This document shows positions 9,261-21,800 of a DNA stretch of 48,244 nucleotides, piece by piece. The notes beneath the pieces were generated by a model. That model made no database searches and had not been told where the DNA came from. It worked only from the letters and a program-made list of their open reading frames with translations. Each line of letters starts with the position of its first letter. The stretch's first letter is position 1. Source of the DNA: a virus (Duplodnaviria; Caudoviricetes); IMG/VR virus record IMGVR_UViG_3300035532_000094, positions 1 to 48,244 of that record; one strand, written 5' to 3'. Made by a program: the position numbers and the translations under genes.

Positions 9261-10316
9261 ATGGCCTTGAAATGGTGGGAACATGTATTAGCAATAGGCA
9301 CAGGAGTAGGTGTAGGACTTCTAACTGCAAATCCATTTGCGGGAGTTGCGGCAGCCGGTGGTGTATATGGTATTGCGACAAAGAGCGACGAGCTTGATCT
9401 GGCAGAAGAGAACCAAGCCGTAGCCGAGGAAAGTCTCAATCTCCAATATGGTGGCACCTTCAACGACGCAAAGAACGACCTGATAAGCTACCAGGAAAAC
9501 TTCGAGCAGATCAAGGATGTCACCATACCCACCCTCATATCGGACATAGAAGCGCTCAACCGCTCACTGGATATGTGGGATGAGAATTACGACTACGAGA
9601 CCGGCAAGATAGAAGCAGATATAGAGCAAGTGGATACCGCCTTGGCCAACTGGCAGGGTGAGTATGACGTGAGCATGGGAAATCTGCAGGAACAGGGGCG
9701 TGGACAGCTCGGGGAATTGCTGAGCAACTGGACCAGCACAAATGTTGTTGCTGCAGAGCGTGGTGCAACAGGATCCATGGGATTGGTTGCAGGACAGCAG
9801 AAATCCAACGTGGTCCGTTTTGCAGGCTCTGACATGCGCCTCTCCGGTGGGGATGGTCTATATGGACAGGCCTATACTGCACAAGACGCTGAGCTACAGG
9901 CAAACAGGCAAACATTGCTCACCCAGCAGAATCTGTTATCCCAGAACCTTGCGCTTACCCAGAACAACCTCAACGCACAGAAGACCAACTGGGAAGACCA
10001 GCTTGGGGTGCTACAGGGAAACCTTGTCAGCAATATCGACAGCCTAGGGGATATGAGTGAGCAGATTGGTGCACAATACGGCGTTGTTGATGACGCGAGG
10101 AAAGCTGCAGGATATGGGACCGACATGATGGCCGGTCTTACCGAAACAACCGACAACTACAGCAGGGCAGAGCTTGAGGACCTGTATACGGCTGCAGGGT
10201 TTGACCCTGCCACCATGCCGGAGGATGAGACATCAGTCCTGGATACACTCAAGGGAACTGACTGGTGGAAGAGCCTGAAGAACATGTTCAAGAACCTTGG
10301 AACTGAGTCTGCATAA
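9261..10316 (+). CDS. Internal virion (ejection) protein 1
   Basis: Hydrophobic Gly/Ala N-terminus plus coiled coil; position after nozzle; RBS GGAGG before ATG 9261. Confidence 0.6.
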   Translation: MALKWWEHVLAIGTGVGVGLLTANPFAGVAAAGGVYGIATKSDELDLAEENQAVAEESLNLQYGGTFNDAKNDLISYQENFEQIKDVTIPTLISDIEALNRSLDMWDENYDYETGKIEADIEQVDTALANWQGEYDVSMGNLQEQGRGQLGELLSNWTSTNVVAAERGATGSMGLVAGQQKSNVVRFAGSDMRLSGGDGLYGQAYTAQDAELQANRQTLLTQQNLLSQNLALTQNNLNAQKTNWEDQLGVLQGNLVSNIDSLGDMSEQIGAQYGVVDDARKAAGYGTDMMAGLTETTDNYSRAELEDLYTAAGFDPATMPEDETSVLDTLKGTDWWKSLKNMFKNLGTESA

Positions 10317-10334
10317 GACATTGGAGAAACGATA

Positions 10335-12818
10335 ATGGCGATATACGCACCAAGTATAGACTACAGCTCAACAGCGAATGCAATCACCAACAAGTACAAT
10401 GCAAAGCGCATGGAAATTGGTGTGGACTACGGCAAACTGAGCCTTCAGTCAGACCAACTCAGCAAGAAGAGCCTTGATCTGCAACAGAAGCAGATCGACC
10501 TGAACAGGCAGAACATGTGGATGGACTTTGCACTTGGTGCAGCCCAGATTGGTGCGCAGGCATGGCAGGCAGCAAGGGATAAGACAGAGCAATCTCAGCT
10601 TGACGGTGCAAAGAACAATATTTTTGACATTTCGCAGGAACTGACAGACATTATTGTCGATGATTACAAGCACAAGCGAACAGTCATCACCACAGGAGAG
10701 GACGGAAAGGCAAAGGTTGACTGGAACCCGGACATGCAATCCTGGTATGAGGGCAAGATTGCAGAGATCGACAACTCCAAGGACATGGATAGCGTAAAGG
10801 CGTACCGAAAGAACGCACTGAACAGCCTGATGGAAGGAGCCACAACCCAACTGCTCACTGTTGCGATGAATGACGCTGATGCAGTAAGCGAAGCCCAGTA
10901 CCAGCAGGGACTCACCAAGGCCATGCAGAGCGATATGGCCAACGGTGGCACAGATATGGGCAGGAGCATCATCTACGCACGTGACGGCCTTTCGAAGGCC
11001 ATGAAGGATGTGCAGTTCGCAGCATATGAGGAAACGCTTGGATACAACCGCTCCAAGGAGACTGTCTTGCGCACTGCAAGGCTTGAGGGGATGACCAAGG
11101 CCACGGAGCTTGCCCATTCACTGGTAGGCCAGTACGGGATCATGGAAGAGGACGCGCAGGCTTTCATCGCTTCTGCTGCAAAAGGTGACGCACAGGTCAA
11201 GTCAACTCTGGTAAGTGATGCCATGACCATGTTCACATCCGGCCTTGAGCAGGGCCTCTCCCCTGCTGAACTCTACAGCCAGCTTGATGATACAACCAAG
11301 GGAATCCCAGAGGACAGGAAACAGGCAATGCAGGAAGCTGCAAAGGCTTCCCATATCACTTGGGCCACAGAACAAGGAGCCACGATGTGGATGAATGACA
11401 GCAACTCCGTGGACATCGAATACCTCAAGGAACAGAGGGACTCCATCACCAAGAAGGACGGGACAATCTACAACTCCATCTACAAGGGTCTTGATGACAT
11501 GGCCCAGAGCCAAGGGACTCTCTACGACAAGAAGATAGCCGCACTGGAGAAAACCTTTGCCGATGCTGACAATGAGCAGGTGAAGATGAACAAGGTTGTT
11601 GTGGACGGTATCAAGAGCAGACTCCAAGCCGGTGAAATGAGTGGGTATGAGGCCGCTGAGATGCTCAATTCAATCGGAGCGAATACGAAGGGAATTGAGG
11701 ATGATTTCTATGCTTCTGAGCTTGCAGGAGAGCTGAAAGACCTTGTAGTGCCTTCCGAATACAAAAAGATAGCCGAGAAAACCCTTGATGCAATGGACAA
11801 GAACAACTGGGGATACGACCTGAAGAAGGACGAGCAGAATCCCAGGGCTGCAGCCGCAAGGACCAACGCATGGGGAGCTATTGTCTCCCTATTTATGGCT
11901 ACCCCAGCCAAGGACATCACAGCCGATGCATTCAGCAAGGAACTGGACAGGATAGTCAGCGGATACACAGCCGAGACCATTGATGCGATAAGGGAAGTAA
12001 AGATTGACAGCAAGGACACCTCTGAGGATATGTTCCAAGGTGTACAGAAACTCTCAACCATCGAGGAGAATGCAGATACGGTCTACTACGATACCAATGG
12101 CAAGGTTGTCTGGTCTGATCCTGCAGTTGAAGAGGTCTTTGACCAGGTTGCAGGACAGATGAAGAATGAGCTTACAAACCTAGATATAGGCCTGCTGGTG
12201 AATACCCCTGCAGTACCGCTCACCGTTGACGGGGAAACCCTCCCTGTCCCCATGTATGTGCTTCCAGGGGAAGATGGACGTGCGCACCTCTACACGGTAA
12301 ATAGGGAAAATATCTTGCACAGCAATAATGGTGGACAGACATTCGAGGTGGTAGCATCAGCTACAGGGAGCGATCTTGCAAAGACAAAGTTGTTCTCAGA
12401 AGGAAATAAGGTGGAATCCAATAAGGTGAATGAATTGATCGAAAAGAAGACTGTTGGGAATGCCACACCAGAGAGCATGGGGCTTATGCCGAAGGCGGAG
12501 ATACCAGAATCCATGCAGATGAAGGGAGCTCCCAGCAAATTCGATGGATACAATAAACAGGCACAGGTGATTGAGCCTGCTCCTGCCAAGGATACACAAC
12601 TCACAGCTGAAGGCAATGCTGAGAACAAGAAGGCAGGGAACAGCTTCAGCCGTACTGAATACGAGTTCATCAGGACTTCCATCCTCCCCTGGATGATAAG
12701 CAATCCCGGAAAGACACCAAAAAAGGCGGATATTCCTGTACTGAAGGATATGGATACCCTATCTGATGAAGACTTCAAGGATATCTTCAACCAGATAAAG
12801 AAGGAGATGAATGGCTGA
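10335..12818 (+). CDS. Internal virion (ejection) protein 2
   Basis: 827-aa helical A/Q/K-rich protein in the ejectosome position. Confidence 0.6.
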   Translation: MAIYAPSIDYSSTANAITNKYNAKRMEIGVDYGKLSLQSDQLSKKSLDLQQKQIDLNRQNMWMDFALGAAQIGAQAWQAARDKTEQSQLDGAKNNIFDISQELTDIIVDDYKHKRTVITTGEDGKAKVDWNPDMQSWYEGKIAEIDNSKDMDSVKAYRKNALNSLMEGATTQLLTVAMNDADAVSEAQYQQGLTKAMQSDMANGGTDMGRSIIYARDGLSKAMKDVQFAAYEETLGYNRSKETVLRTARLEGMTKATELAHSLVGQYGIMEEDAQAFIASAAKGDAQVKSTLVSDAMTMFTSGLEQGLSPAELYSQLDDTTKGIPEDRKQAMQEAAKASHITWATEQGATMWMNDSNSVDIEYLKEQRDSITKKDGTIYNSIYKGLDDMAQSQGTLYDKKIAALEKTFADADNEQVKMNKVVVDGIKSRLQAGEMSGYEAAEMLNSIGANTKGIEDDFYASELAGELKDLVVPSEYKKIAEKTLDAMDKNNWGYDLKKDEQNPRAAAARTNAWGAIVSLFMATPAKDITADAFSKELDRIVSGYTAETIDAIREVKIDSKDTSEDMFQGVQKLSTIEENADTVYYDTNGKVVWSDPAVEEVFDQVAGQMKNELTNLDIGLLVNTPAVPLTVDGETLPVPMYVLPGEDGRAHLYTVNRENILHSNNGGQTFEVVASATGSDLAKTKLFSEGNKVESNKVNELIEKKTVGNATPESMGLMPKAEIPESMQMKGAPSKFDGYNKQAQVIEPAPAKDTQLTAEGNAENKKAGNSFSRTEYEFIRTSILPWMISNPGKTPKKADIPVLKDMDTLSDEDFKDIFNQIKKEMNG

Positions 12819-15800
12819 TGTTCAACCCAACAAACAACAATGACCCTTCCCAGAACAACCTCTACAGCATGACTGAAGGGCTGAACAGCCGTATTGACCA
12901 GCATATAGCCAAGGCTTCCGGTGCAGACAAGCAGGATCCTGCTGTCATGCAGGCCCAGCAGGAACAACGCCAGAGGTTGGGGATCCCGGTAACCGAACAG
13001 GAATGGGATATCATCAGCACGACTGCCATCAACAGCGAAAACCAGGAAGAGACGCTTACGAGGTTTGCCACAGCCCTTGCGTTCAGCCGTGATCGTGGTA
13101 TAAGCCTATCTTCTGCCTATGCGAATCTGGATAACTTGTACGAGGAACAGCTCGGGCAGAAATTCACCCCAGCAAAGACCACTACCAGAGCACTGCTTGA
13201 TTCATTTCAGGCCGGCCGACTCAACATGGAATACTCAGACCTAGCCTACAAATTCAAGCAGGCTGACCTTGCAGGGGAAGATACCACAGAACTGCTCGCA
13301 CAGCTTGATGCAATGGGAAGCGAGATAGACTCACTGAAGGACAACCAGCCTCGCAATGTTGCAACCACAGCCCTCAAATGGACCCTGGAGGGAGCGGTGC
13401 CTTACATGTTGGAAGTGGGAAAGAGCGCTCTCATGGGTGCAACGTTCGCAGGAGGGCTTGGAACCGCTTTTACAGCGACAACAGGAGCTGTGCTCGGCTC
13501 CATCGCTGCAGCTTCCCCCTACTCCATGGCTGCAATCATGGCAGCAGGTGGAGCGGTTGGAGCAGTGAACCGTACCCGTGAGCTTATGGAAGGTGTGAGC
13601 TACCTGCAACTCAGGGATATGGGCATAGACAAGGACATCGCCAATGTAGGGTCAAGAACCTACGGGCTTCTGGTAGGAGCTATCGAGGCAGGACTTGGTA
13701 TAGAATCTGGAACTGCACTAAAAGCTATTGGTGCATCCAATCTCGTAAACACCGCTGCATCAAAGGTAATGGCCAGAATAACTACCAGCGGATGGCTCGG
13801 TTCACTCCTGAATGGATTTACGAAACTAGGTATAAATGCCTTAGGCGAAGCAACGGAAGAGATGATCGAGGAGCCACTGGACTACCTGGTACGCCATACC
13901 TCCCATGCAATACAGGACAGCAGGGAGAAAGGATCACTTGAGCCACTTCCTGATGAAGAACTACTTAGGAACACCTTGAACGCAGGTTTGAGAGGATTGG
14001 TATCAGCAGTAGTGCTTGGAAGTGCTTCATCGGTCTTGGATACCAAGGTAGATATAGACAAGCAGGCTGCAATCAGGCGTGAGGCAGCAGCAGTACCTTC
14101 CAAGGAAGCGTTTGTTTCCTCCATGAAGCAGCAGAAACCAGATACCATCACCACATCCGATTGGGATGGGGCGATGAGTGACATCTGGGATAGAGAACAT
14201 AGTGGCATGAGAAAATCATCAGCCATAGAGAGTGACGAAAACGCCATAGCAGAGCTTGATGCAGAGAAAAGCGAGAAACAGGCCACAGGAAAGGTCAGAA
14301 GGCTCCAGAGCGGTGATTTATACACACAGGAAGCCTCTGAGGTGACAGTGTCACCAGATGGAACAGAGAACCGCAGATTGTTGGTAGGGGACCCTGCGAC
14401 CTCATCGCGTTATGGATATATCGATTATGGCATACAGGGAAACACCATCACCATCGAGGACGTACTGGTGAAGAGTGGATACGAGAGTATCAGGAAGGAA
14501 GCGGTGCTCTCCCTTGCAAAGAAGTATCCTGGATATGATATCCAGTGGGAACCCAAGAGCGAATCACTCACAGCAGTGCGTGACGAGATATTGGCAGGCA
14601 ATCCACGCGGGAATGAGGGAGGATTGCAGTACTGGGATGGTCTCACTAATCCAGACGAGAGAATGCAGATAGAAAGGCAGATAGAGAGCGCAATGCCGAA
14701 CCTGTCAGCCCCAGAGCGCGCCGTAGGAGCAACACTCATCCAGATGAGGGCCGAGGCTGCAGGAATGAACACCCAGGCATACCTTGACGCTTCCTACAAG
14801 GATGGACAGCTGTTCGGCAACGTGGATGACCTTGATGTAAACATGCAGGGAAAGCGTGGCGCTGTTGCGTTCGACGAGGACCTGAAGGCCATCATCTACG
14901 CAGGCCAGAAGGCCGATTTCTCCACGTTCGCTCATGAGACGTTCCATGTATCGCTGAGGCAGATGGGACAGCTTGAACAGTTCAGGAGTGCTGTAACAGA
15001 GGCTTCCCAGAAGCCGGAGTTCATCACGTGGCTGGACGAGCATGCAGAGCTTTTCACTGACAGTGTATTTGATGGCATGAATGCACAGGACCTTGCAGAC
15101 ATCGCTTCAGGGTTCACCAAGGACAACTGGGGACGCAGGCAGGAAGAGTTTGCAGCTCGTCTCTATGAGGGATACCTGGCAGACGGAAAGACTGCTTCCA
15201 GCAAGCTCCAGCAACTCTTCAGCCAGATTGCAAAGTGGATGGCACAAATATACACCACACTCAAGCACAGCGTTGATCTTGACCCAAGGATCATCGAGGT
15301 ATTCGATTCGTTGTCTGATTCTGACTCCCCTCTTGCCAGCCAACTTGCGACACAAGGAACAGTTAGCCAGAACAAAGAAGGTGCCCAGCTGTATCAGGAG
15401 TTTGTAAGACACTCACGGACAGACAATGGAATGTCACGTTCTGGATATGCAATGATGGTGCGTGCAGAAGAGGCTGACACTGTAGAACAATATGGTCCCA
15501 ATAAATTCACATACAATGGTGAGGATGCAGTATTCATCACAGATATTGCAGATGATATTGCACAGGCGTTTGAACGCACCAAAGAGCAAGAAGACCTTTC
15601 CTCTACCGAGTATGGAGACCTATCTGCATATGAGAATCTAAGCGGAGAGGAGTTTGTAGAACAGTTCAATCCAGAGGATATTGTGAACACAGCTGAGGCA
15701 TGGGACGACGAATCTCTTGTGTCATGGTTGTACAACGAGGTTTTGGAGCCAAATGGTATAACGGCCATAGAGACATACAATGGTGCAGTGGTATTTGATG

Positions 15801-18800
15801 AGGCCCTGTTGCAAAAAGCTGATGAATTATTGTATCAGGATGACACGCAGTCCCAATATGACGCAGTTGCTGATAAATACAGAAACACAGACCAGTGGAT
15901 GAAGGCTCCAAACGGCAATCCTACCAACCTCACTGAGAGGCAGTGGGTACAGGTACGCACTCCTAGCTTCCTGGAATGGTTCGGTGACTGGATCAATGAT
16001 CCTGGAAATGCATCGAAAGTTGTGGATGAGAATGGCGAGCCGAAGGCGGTATATCACTATACATCTGAGAAATTCAATGCTTTCGATGTATCCAAGACAC
16101 GTCAGAATATGGATATTCCAGGCTTTTACTTCTCTGATGAAAAGTCAAACTGGAAGGACATGGGAAAAAATCTTGTCTCGGCATTCCTAAACATCAGAAA
16201 CCCGATAGACAACAAGCCGATCGCCAAAGGGCAAGGAAGTATAATCCGGGACAACCTTATATCAGAAGGGTACGACGGAGCTATTACCATCGACGAGGAC
16301 ATGGAGGAGACCGAGTACCTGGCTTTCTACCCCACCCAAATCAAATCCGCAACCGACAACATCGGAACATTCGACGGGAGTAACCCTAATATCCTCTTCC
16401 AGGAAGCACCACCAACCGACAGCGAAGCATTCAAGGCATGGTTTGGTGAAAGCAAGGTCGTTGATGAGGAAGGGAAACCGCTGGTTGTGTATCATGGAAC
16501 TGATGCTGCATTTACAACTTTTAGTAATACCGGAGAAAAGCTACCATCATTGGGATATGGGTATTATTTCACTCCTGATATACGTAAAGCACAACAGTAT
16601 GGGGCTAATATCATGCCGGTTTATATTAGCGCTGAAAGGCTATTAGACTGGGGTAGCTTAAGTAATGAAGATAGATCAAAAATTATAGACAGGTTAAATG
16701 ATAAAGTACCAGAATCAGAAATAGCAGGATATGGGAGAGAAGTAAGGAAATCTTTTGACGATACAGAAGAGGGGAGACAAGCTGGAACAAAGTTTTTCGA
16801 GAAAAAGAAGGCTGAAACAGAAAACTATTTCCATGAAAGAGCGAAGGCCAGAGAAGAACGGTCCCTGGATGGACTGAAGATTGATGTAGTATGGATGGAA
16901 CCTGGGCTAGAGAACGCAAGCAATCAGGACCTCTTAGCTCTTGCACAACAGTATGACATACAGATTGCTGAAAACCTTGGGTATGATGCTGCTCGTTTCG
17001 GTAACGAGATCGTTGTCTTCGCTCCAACCAAGATCAAATCAGTCAACAACCAAGGTACATGGGATTCGAATAATCCGAACATCCTCTTCCAGGATACAGT
17101 CAGAAAGATAAACAATGGGACCTTGGCTGTTTTACATAACATAACTGCAGAAAAGCTGACAGAAGTAGATAAAATAGGTGGACTGCCTTCCCCATCGTTA
17201 GCAATAACAAAGCCGAATATCCCATTCACTCAGTTTGGTGAGATAACCCTGATTGCAGATCCATCTGTAGCAGTTAGGGCTATGGAAGAATCAAGGCTCT
17301 ATGACCGTGATATATGGAGCCCTACTGTACCAAGAGCCGAATGGAAAATAAATCAGAAGGTAATTGATAAGTTCGACAAGAAGATCATACCAGTAATTTA
17401 CAAAGAAACTGGGAAGTACTTCTCGGGATCTGATGCCTTCAGTAGCGTAGATATAAATAGAGGCGTCAACTCACTATCCGATGCTTACAAAAGAAATCTC
17501 GGAGCACAGATTGCATTTCTAAAGGATCGTGGCATAGATTACGAATTGAAATTCAAAAAACAAAAACCACCATTGAATTTCCCTATAGAAATCATTGAAG
17601 AGAATCTTGAATATTTCAAATCCAATATATTTGGAACAGAAAATTATGATACAGTAAGCGAATATCTTAGACCAAAGGTAAACCAATACCTCGAAAAGTC
17701 ACTAGCGCATCGGAAAGAAAATAATCCTGCACTGTATGAGAATATGAAGAATGACTCATTGGAACGCTATCTAAGGTTTGGTGTGCTGGATAAGGTATTC
17801 AATTTTGCAAAATCCTATGATAAAGACACTCTTGTATTTGATGAATATGGGACACAAGAAAACATAAGCCAGACCATCAAGGATAATGATAGTGATTTCA
17901 CTTCTTGGATTAAAGACAATATTGAAGAAGCATATTCAAACCCGAAGATAAAAATCGGATCAAAGAAGTATGATTATACTGCAGAGAACATTCTGAAATG
18001 GATGCAATCCCAATCACAGCGAGCATCACAGGAGACCATGACGTATGGCCCTTCCAAAGCTGCTGCGAATGCAGGTAGACCCTTCTGGAACAGGGGAGAA
18101 ATAAAAGAATCTGAAGAGTTTTTAGTAACAAGAGAGGAACAACAGAAACAATGGGTTGAGAGGATAGAGCCTATCACAGAACAATTACAAGATGAACTAC
18201 CTAATTACCATAAATATGGCACATGGGAAGCCCTTGATTCAATCTACGAAGCAATCGGAAGATATATCGAGAAATATGGTTCTGTTAGAAATTCTGCAAA
18301 TATGAGAAAAGAACTCTCTGCAAAATCATTTACAAAAGTGCCAAATTATCTCATTGAGAAAGCATTGGACCTGGTAGGTGAGTTTACAATACTTTCTCAG
18401 GATTATTTTGAGGCAAAACCAGACAGGGTTGTTTCACTTGATGAATTCTCTGTTGCAATTATACCAGAGACAATAAACGAAGAACAAATGTCCGTACTTG
18501 ATAAGTATGGCATTACTGCAATCAAATATGCAGATGAAAGCGATAGACAACAGATTGTCGAACAAGTATATGAGCAACGAGGCTCTTCCCTCCTCTTCCA
18601 GGACGACCAGGACTTCTCAGAGTCGATCCTTGAGGAAGCGCGTGGCTTCGAGAGCTGGCAGGAACTGAAGGCATTCTACGAAGCCTTTGCGGATCCCGAC
18701 AATCCATCCAGCACTGATGACTCATGGTACCAGGAGGTTTTCAACCAAGCCAATGGCATCACTGAAGATGCTGATACAGAACAACTGCAGGAGGCAACAA

Positions 18801-21800
18801 GGCAGCTGGAGAGTGAGCAAGCGAAAGACCAGTATATGAAGGACCAGCTTGCCACAGACGATGGAGTATACGCCTTCCTGCGCAATCTTGGATGGATGCT
18901 TGACAGCTCATCCGTGCAACAATCGGCAGGCAACCAGCAAACCTATGATGCCATCTACAATGTCCGTAACATGGCTGATGCAATACATCCTTCCATCATA
19001 TCCAATGCAACCAGAGCATATGGCGGGAAGAGGCCAACAGCAAGCTCCACAAAGCGTATCCGTACCATCATGACAGGAGACGCAATCAGGTACTACAGGG
19101 ACATTTATGCTGACGTGATGGAAGATGAGGAACTGCGCCCAGCAGTAATTGACTCCCGCCTTCCTGGTATCGAGGACCCGGGCTACCGTGAACTGGAAAC
19201 CATGTCCATAACCGAAAGACTGAAACTGGCAAACCGTATCGAGGCTGCACCTCTCAGAAAAGCAATTCTCTCAGGCAAGGAGACATTTGATGGTGCTGCA
19301 GAAAAGGTCATAAAGGATGATGCGATCATCATAGGGGACCTGAACAAGCAAATAAGCGATGCTGAGCAGGATATCAAGAATCTTGAGAAAAACCTTTCTG
19401 AAGAACAACAGATGCGAATCCGTATTGCAAAGGACTACAGGATCGGGAAGGCGGAGCTGGACAGGGAGCTTGCTAAGCTGCGCAAGCTGAATAATGATGG
19501 AAAGGATGTACCAAAAGCCCAGTCCCAGAAGGTATTCAGCCTGCAGAAAAGCGTTGCAGACATGCACAAAGAGGTCATGAAGATGCGCAAGGATGCACGT
19601 CTTGAAGCGACCATCAAGAAGCATGAGGCGGTTGCAAAGCTCAAGGAACAGCTTGCAGAGAAGCGCAAGGCAGTAGCCGAGGCCAAGCAGGTACGTGATT
19701 ACAAGGTGAAGCTGGCCCGCAAGATCATGGTCAAACCCAGTGATGCAACCAACTACGAGCAGGCAAAGGCCATATATGGCATACAGGCCCTGATCGATCC
19801 CAACTTCAGGCGGGATGGTGTCAATGTTGCAGAGGGTGGACAGCGAGTCAAGTTGACCCTAGAAGAAGCACAGGAATTCTTCTCAGGAACTTCTGAGGAC
19901 GAGATAATTGACGCCATCGGGAAGCGGAACTATGAGCGTCTTGTCGAGGAGCGAAAACCACTCAACGACTGGACCATCAATGAGCTTGAAGAATTGGCCA
20001 ACGAGGTAGCAGAGCTGCGTCACACTGGACGCAGGATCCTTGCAGCAAAGCGGGAGAGACAGGTTGCGATTGCCCAGCAGTACCAGGACTCCATTATCCG
20101 CAGTCTCATGGCAACCGGTAAGTATACCGACCAGCCGATCGTGGGAACCAGGGAGGATCAGGCAGAGAGACAAAGCCCGAAAAGGACCTTGAGGGCGATG
20201 TACTATGCTACCTACCCCATGCGCGTTAAGGCCATGATGCTGGACGGTGATAGACAGGGTGATGCGTACAACCTGCTCATGTTGCAGAAGAGGGACGCAC
20301 AGGCTCGTGAGTGGGTGAATGTGGAAAGAAGACTCAAGCCTTTCTATGATGCAATGAAGGAGCTTGGTTTCACGTACAAGGACTTGTATGAGACGGTTCC
20401 CATTGACCTTGACATGCATAAAAACTGGAACATGCCATACTCACAGCTTATGTACGGATGGCTCAGCCAATACAACCAGGACAACCGTAACGCCATTGCC
20501 TACGGCACTTTTGTTACACAGGAGGAAAAGGCAAGCCTATCACATGACAGCAAGCTCATACAGGTACTCGGTGACCAGCGATACAACTCTTTCCTGGAAC
20601 AGGCCGAGTACTACCTGTACTCCGATGAGCATGGTGGGAAGTATGGAAAACTGCTTGAGGTTATCCGTGAGAGTCTCAATGGTGATGCAGAGCGAATAAA
20701 CGAGGTTGCAATCCGTGAGTTCAACAAGCCGATGCGCCATGTCGAGCAATATCTTCCCATCCTGCGCCTTGCATTCAATGGTGAGGATATGGCAGAGCAG
20801 GTGGCTGAGGACTTATTCAACCAGAATGCAGGAGGCATGAGAACCTCAGTAGAGAAAGGATTCATGACAGATCGTATCTTCATCAGTCCAGATCACCAGA
20901 AGCCGGTTAACATGGACCTGATCAGTGTACTCGACCAGAGTGTAAGAAATCAGGAGCATTTCATTGCTTTCGCTGAATACGGACGCAAGCTGAACAGGGT
21001 TTTTAAGGACAGGGGCTCGGACGACCTGAAACATGTCATCACAAGAACCTTGGGAAGTGAGATGATGGATGACATCAACGATTATATCAACCAGGTAATC
21101 AATCCAACGCAGAGGACTGAACTCCATAACCTGCAGAAAGGAATCAGGTTCATGAGAGGAAACCTTGGTGCTGCATACCTGTCATTCAAGCCTTCATCTG
21201 TTCTATTACAGTTGATTACCTCCCCATGGCCGAGCGTGATTGATGTAAAGCCCAAGTATCTCATACAGGGCTACCTGCAACTGTTGAAGCATCCTGTTGA
21301 GACGGTACAGGAAATCAATGAGCGCTCACCCATGATGAAAAACAGGACCATGAACGTAATCATAGACGAGATACTCAAGCAGGCAAGGGCAATCGGGGAC
21401 CCGAAGATCATGCAGCAGATTGCAAGGATACAGGAAGTGGGCTCCCTTGGTCTTACCTATGCAGACCGGTATTCGGTTGCAGGGCAATGGATGGGTGCAT
21501 TCCACCAAAGAATGGATGAATTGAATGCTGAGGGTATTGCATCAGAGAAGGCTGAGCAAATGGCAACTGTGTACGCAGACAACATCCTGCTCAAGACGCA
21601 GCCTACCGGGGATAGGACCGAGCTGGCTCCCCTGTTCAATACCAGGAACGAGTTCGTGCGTTCCTTCATCCAGTTCACCACCTCCTTGAATGTCATATGG
21701 AGCAACATCACCTACGATATGCGTGTTGCAGCCAATGACAGCATGAACAAAACCATGCCTGATGATGTACGCAAGACCCAGTTCTCCAAAGTGATCGGTA

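Noticed and set aside
14370-14590. Possible GNAT-like domain in the giant protein (GYIDY...ITIEDVLV)
   Set aside because: The acetyl-CoA binding motif is not evident; cannot be supported without a profile search
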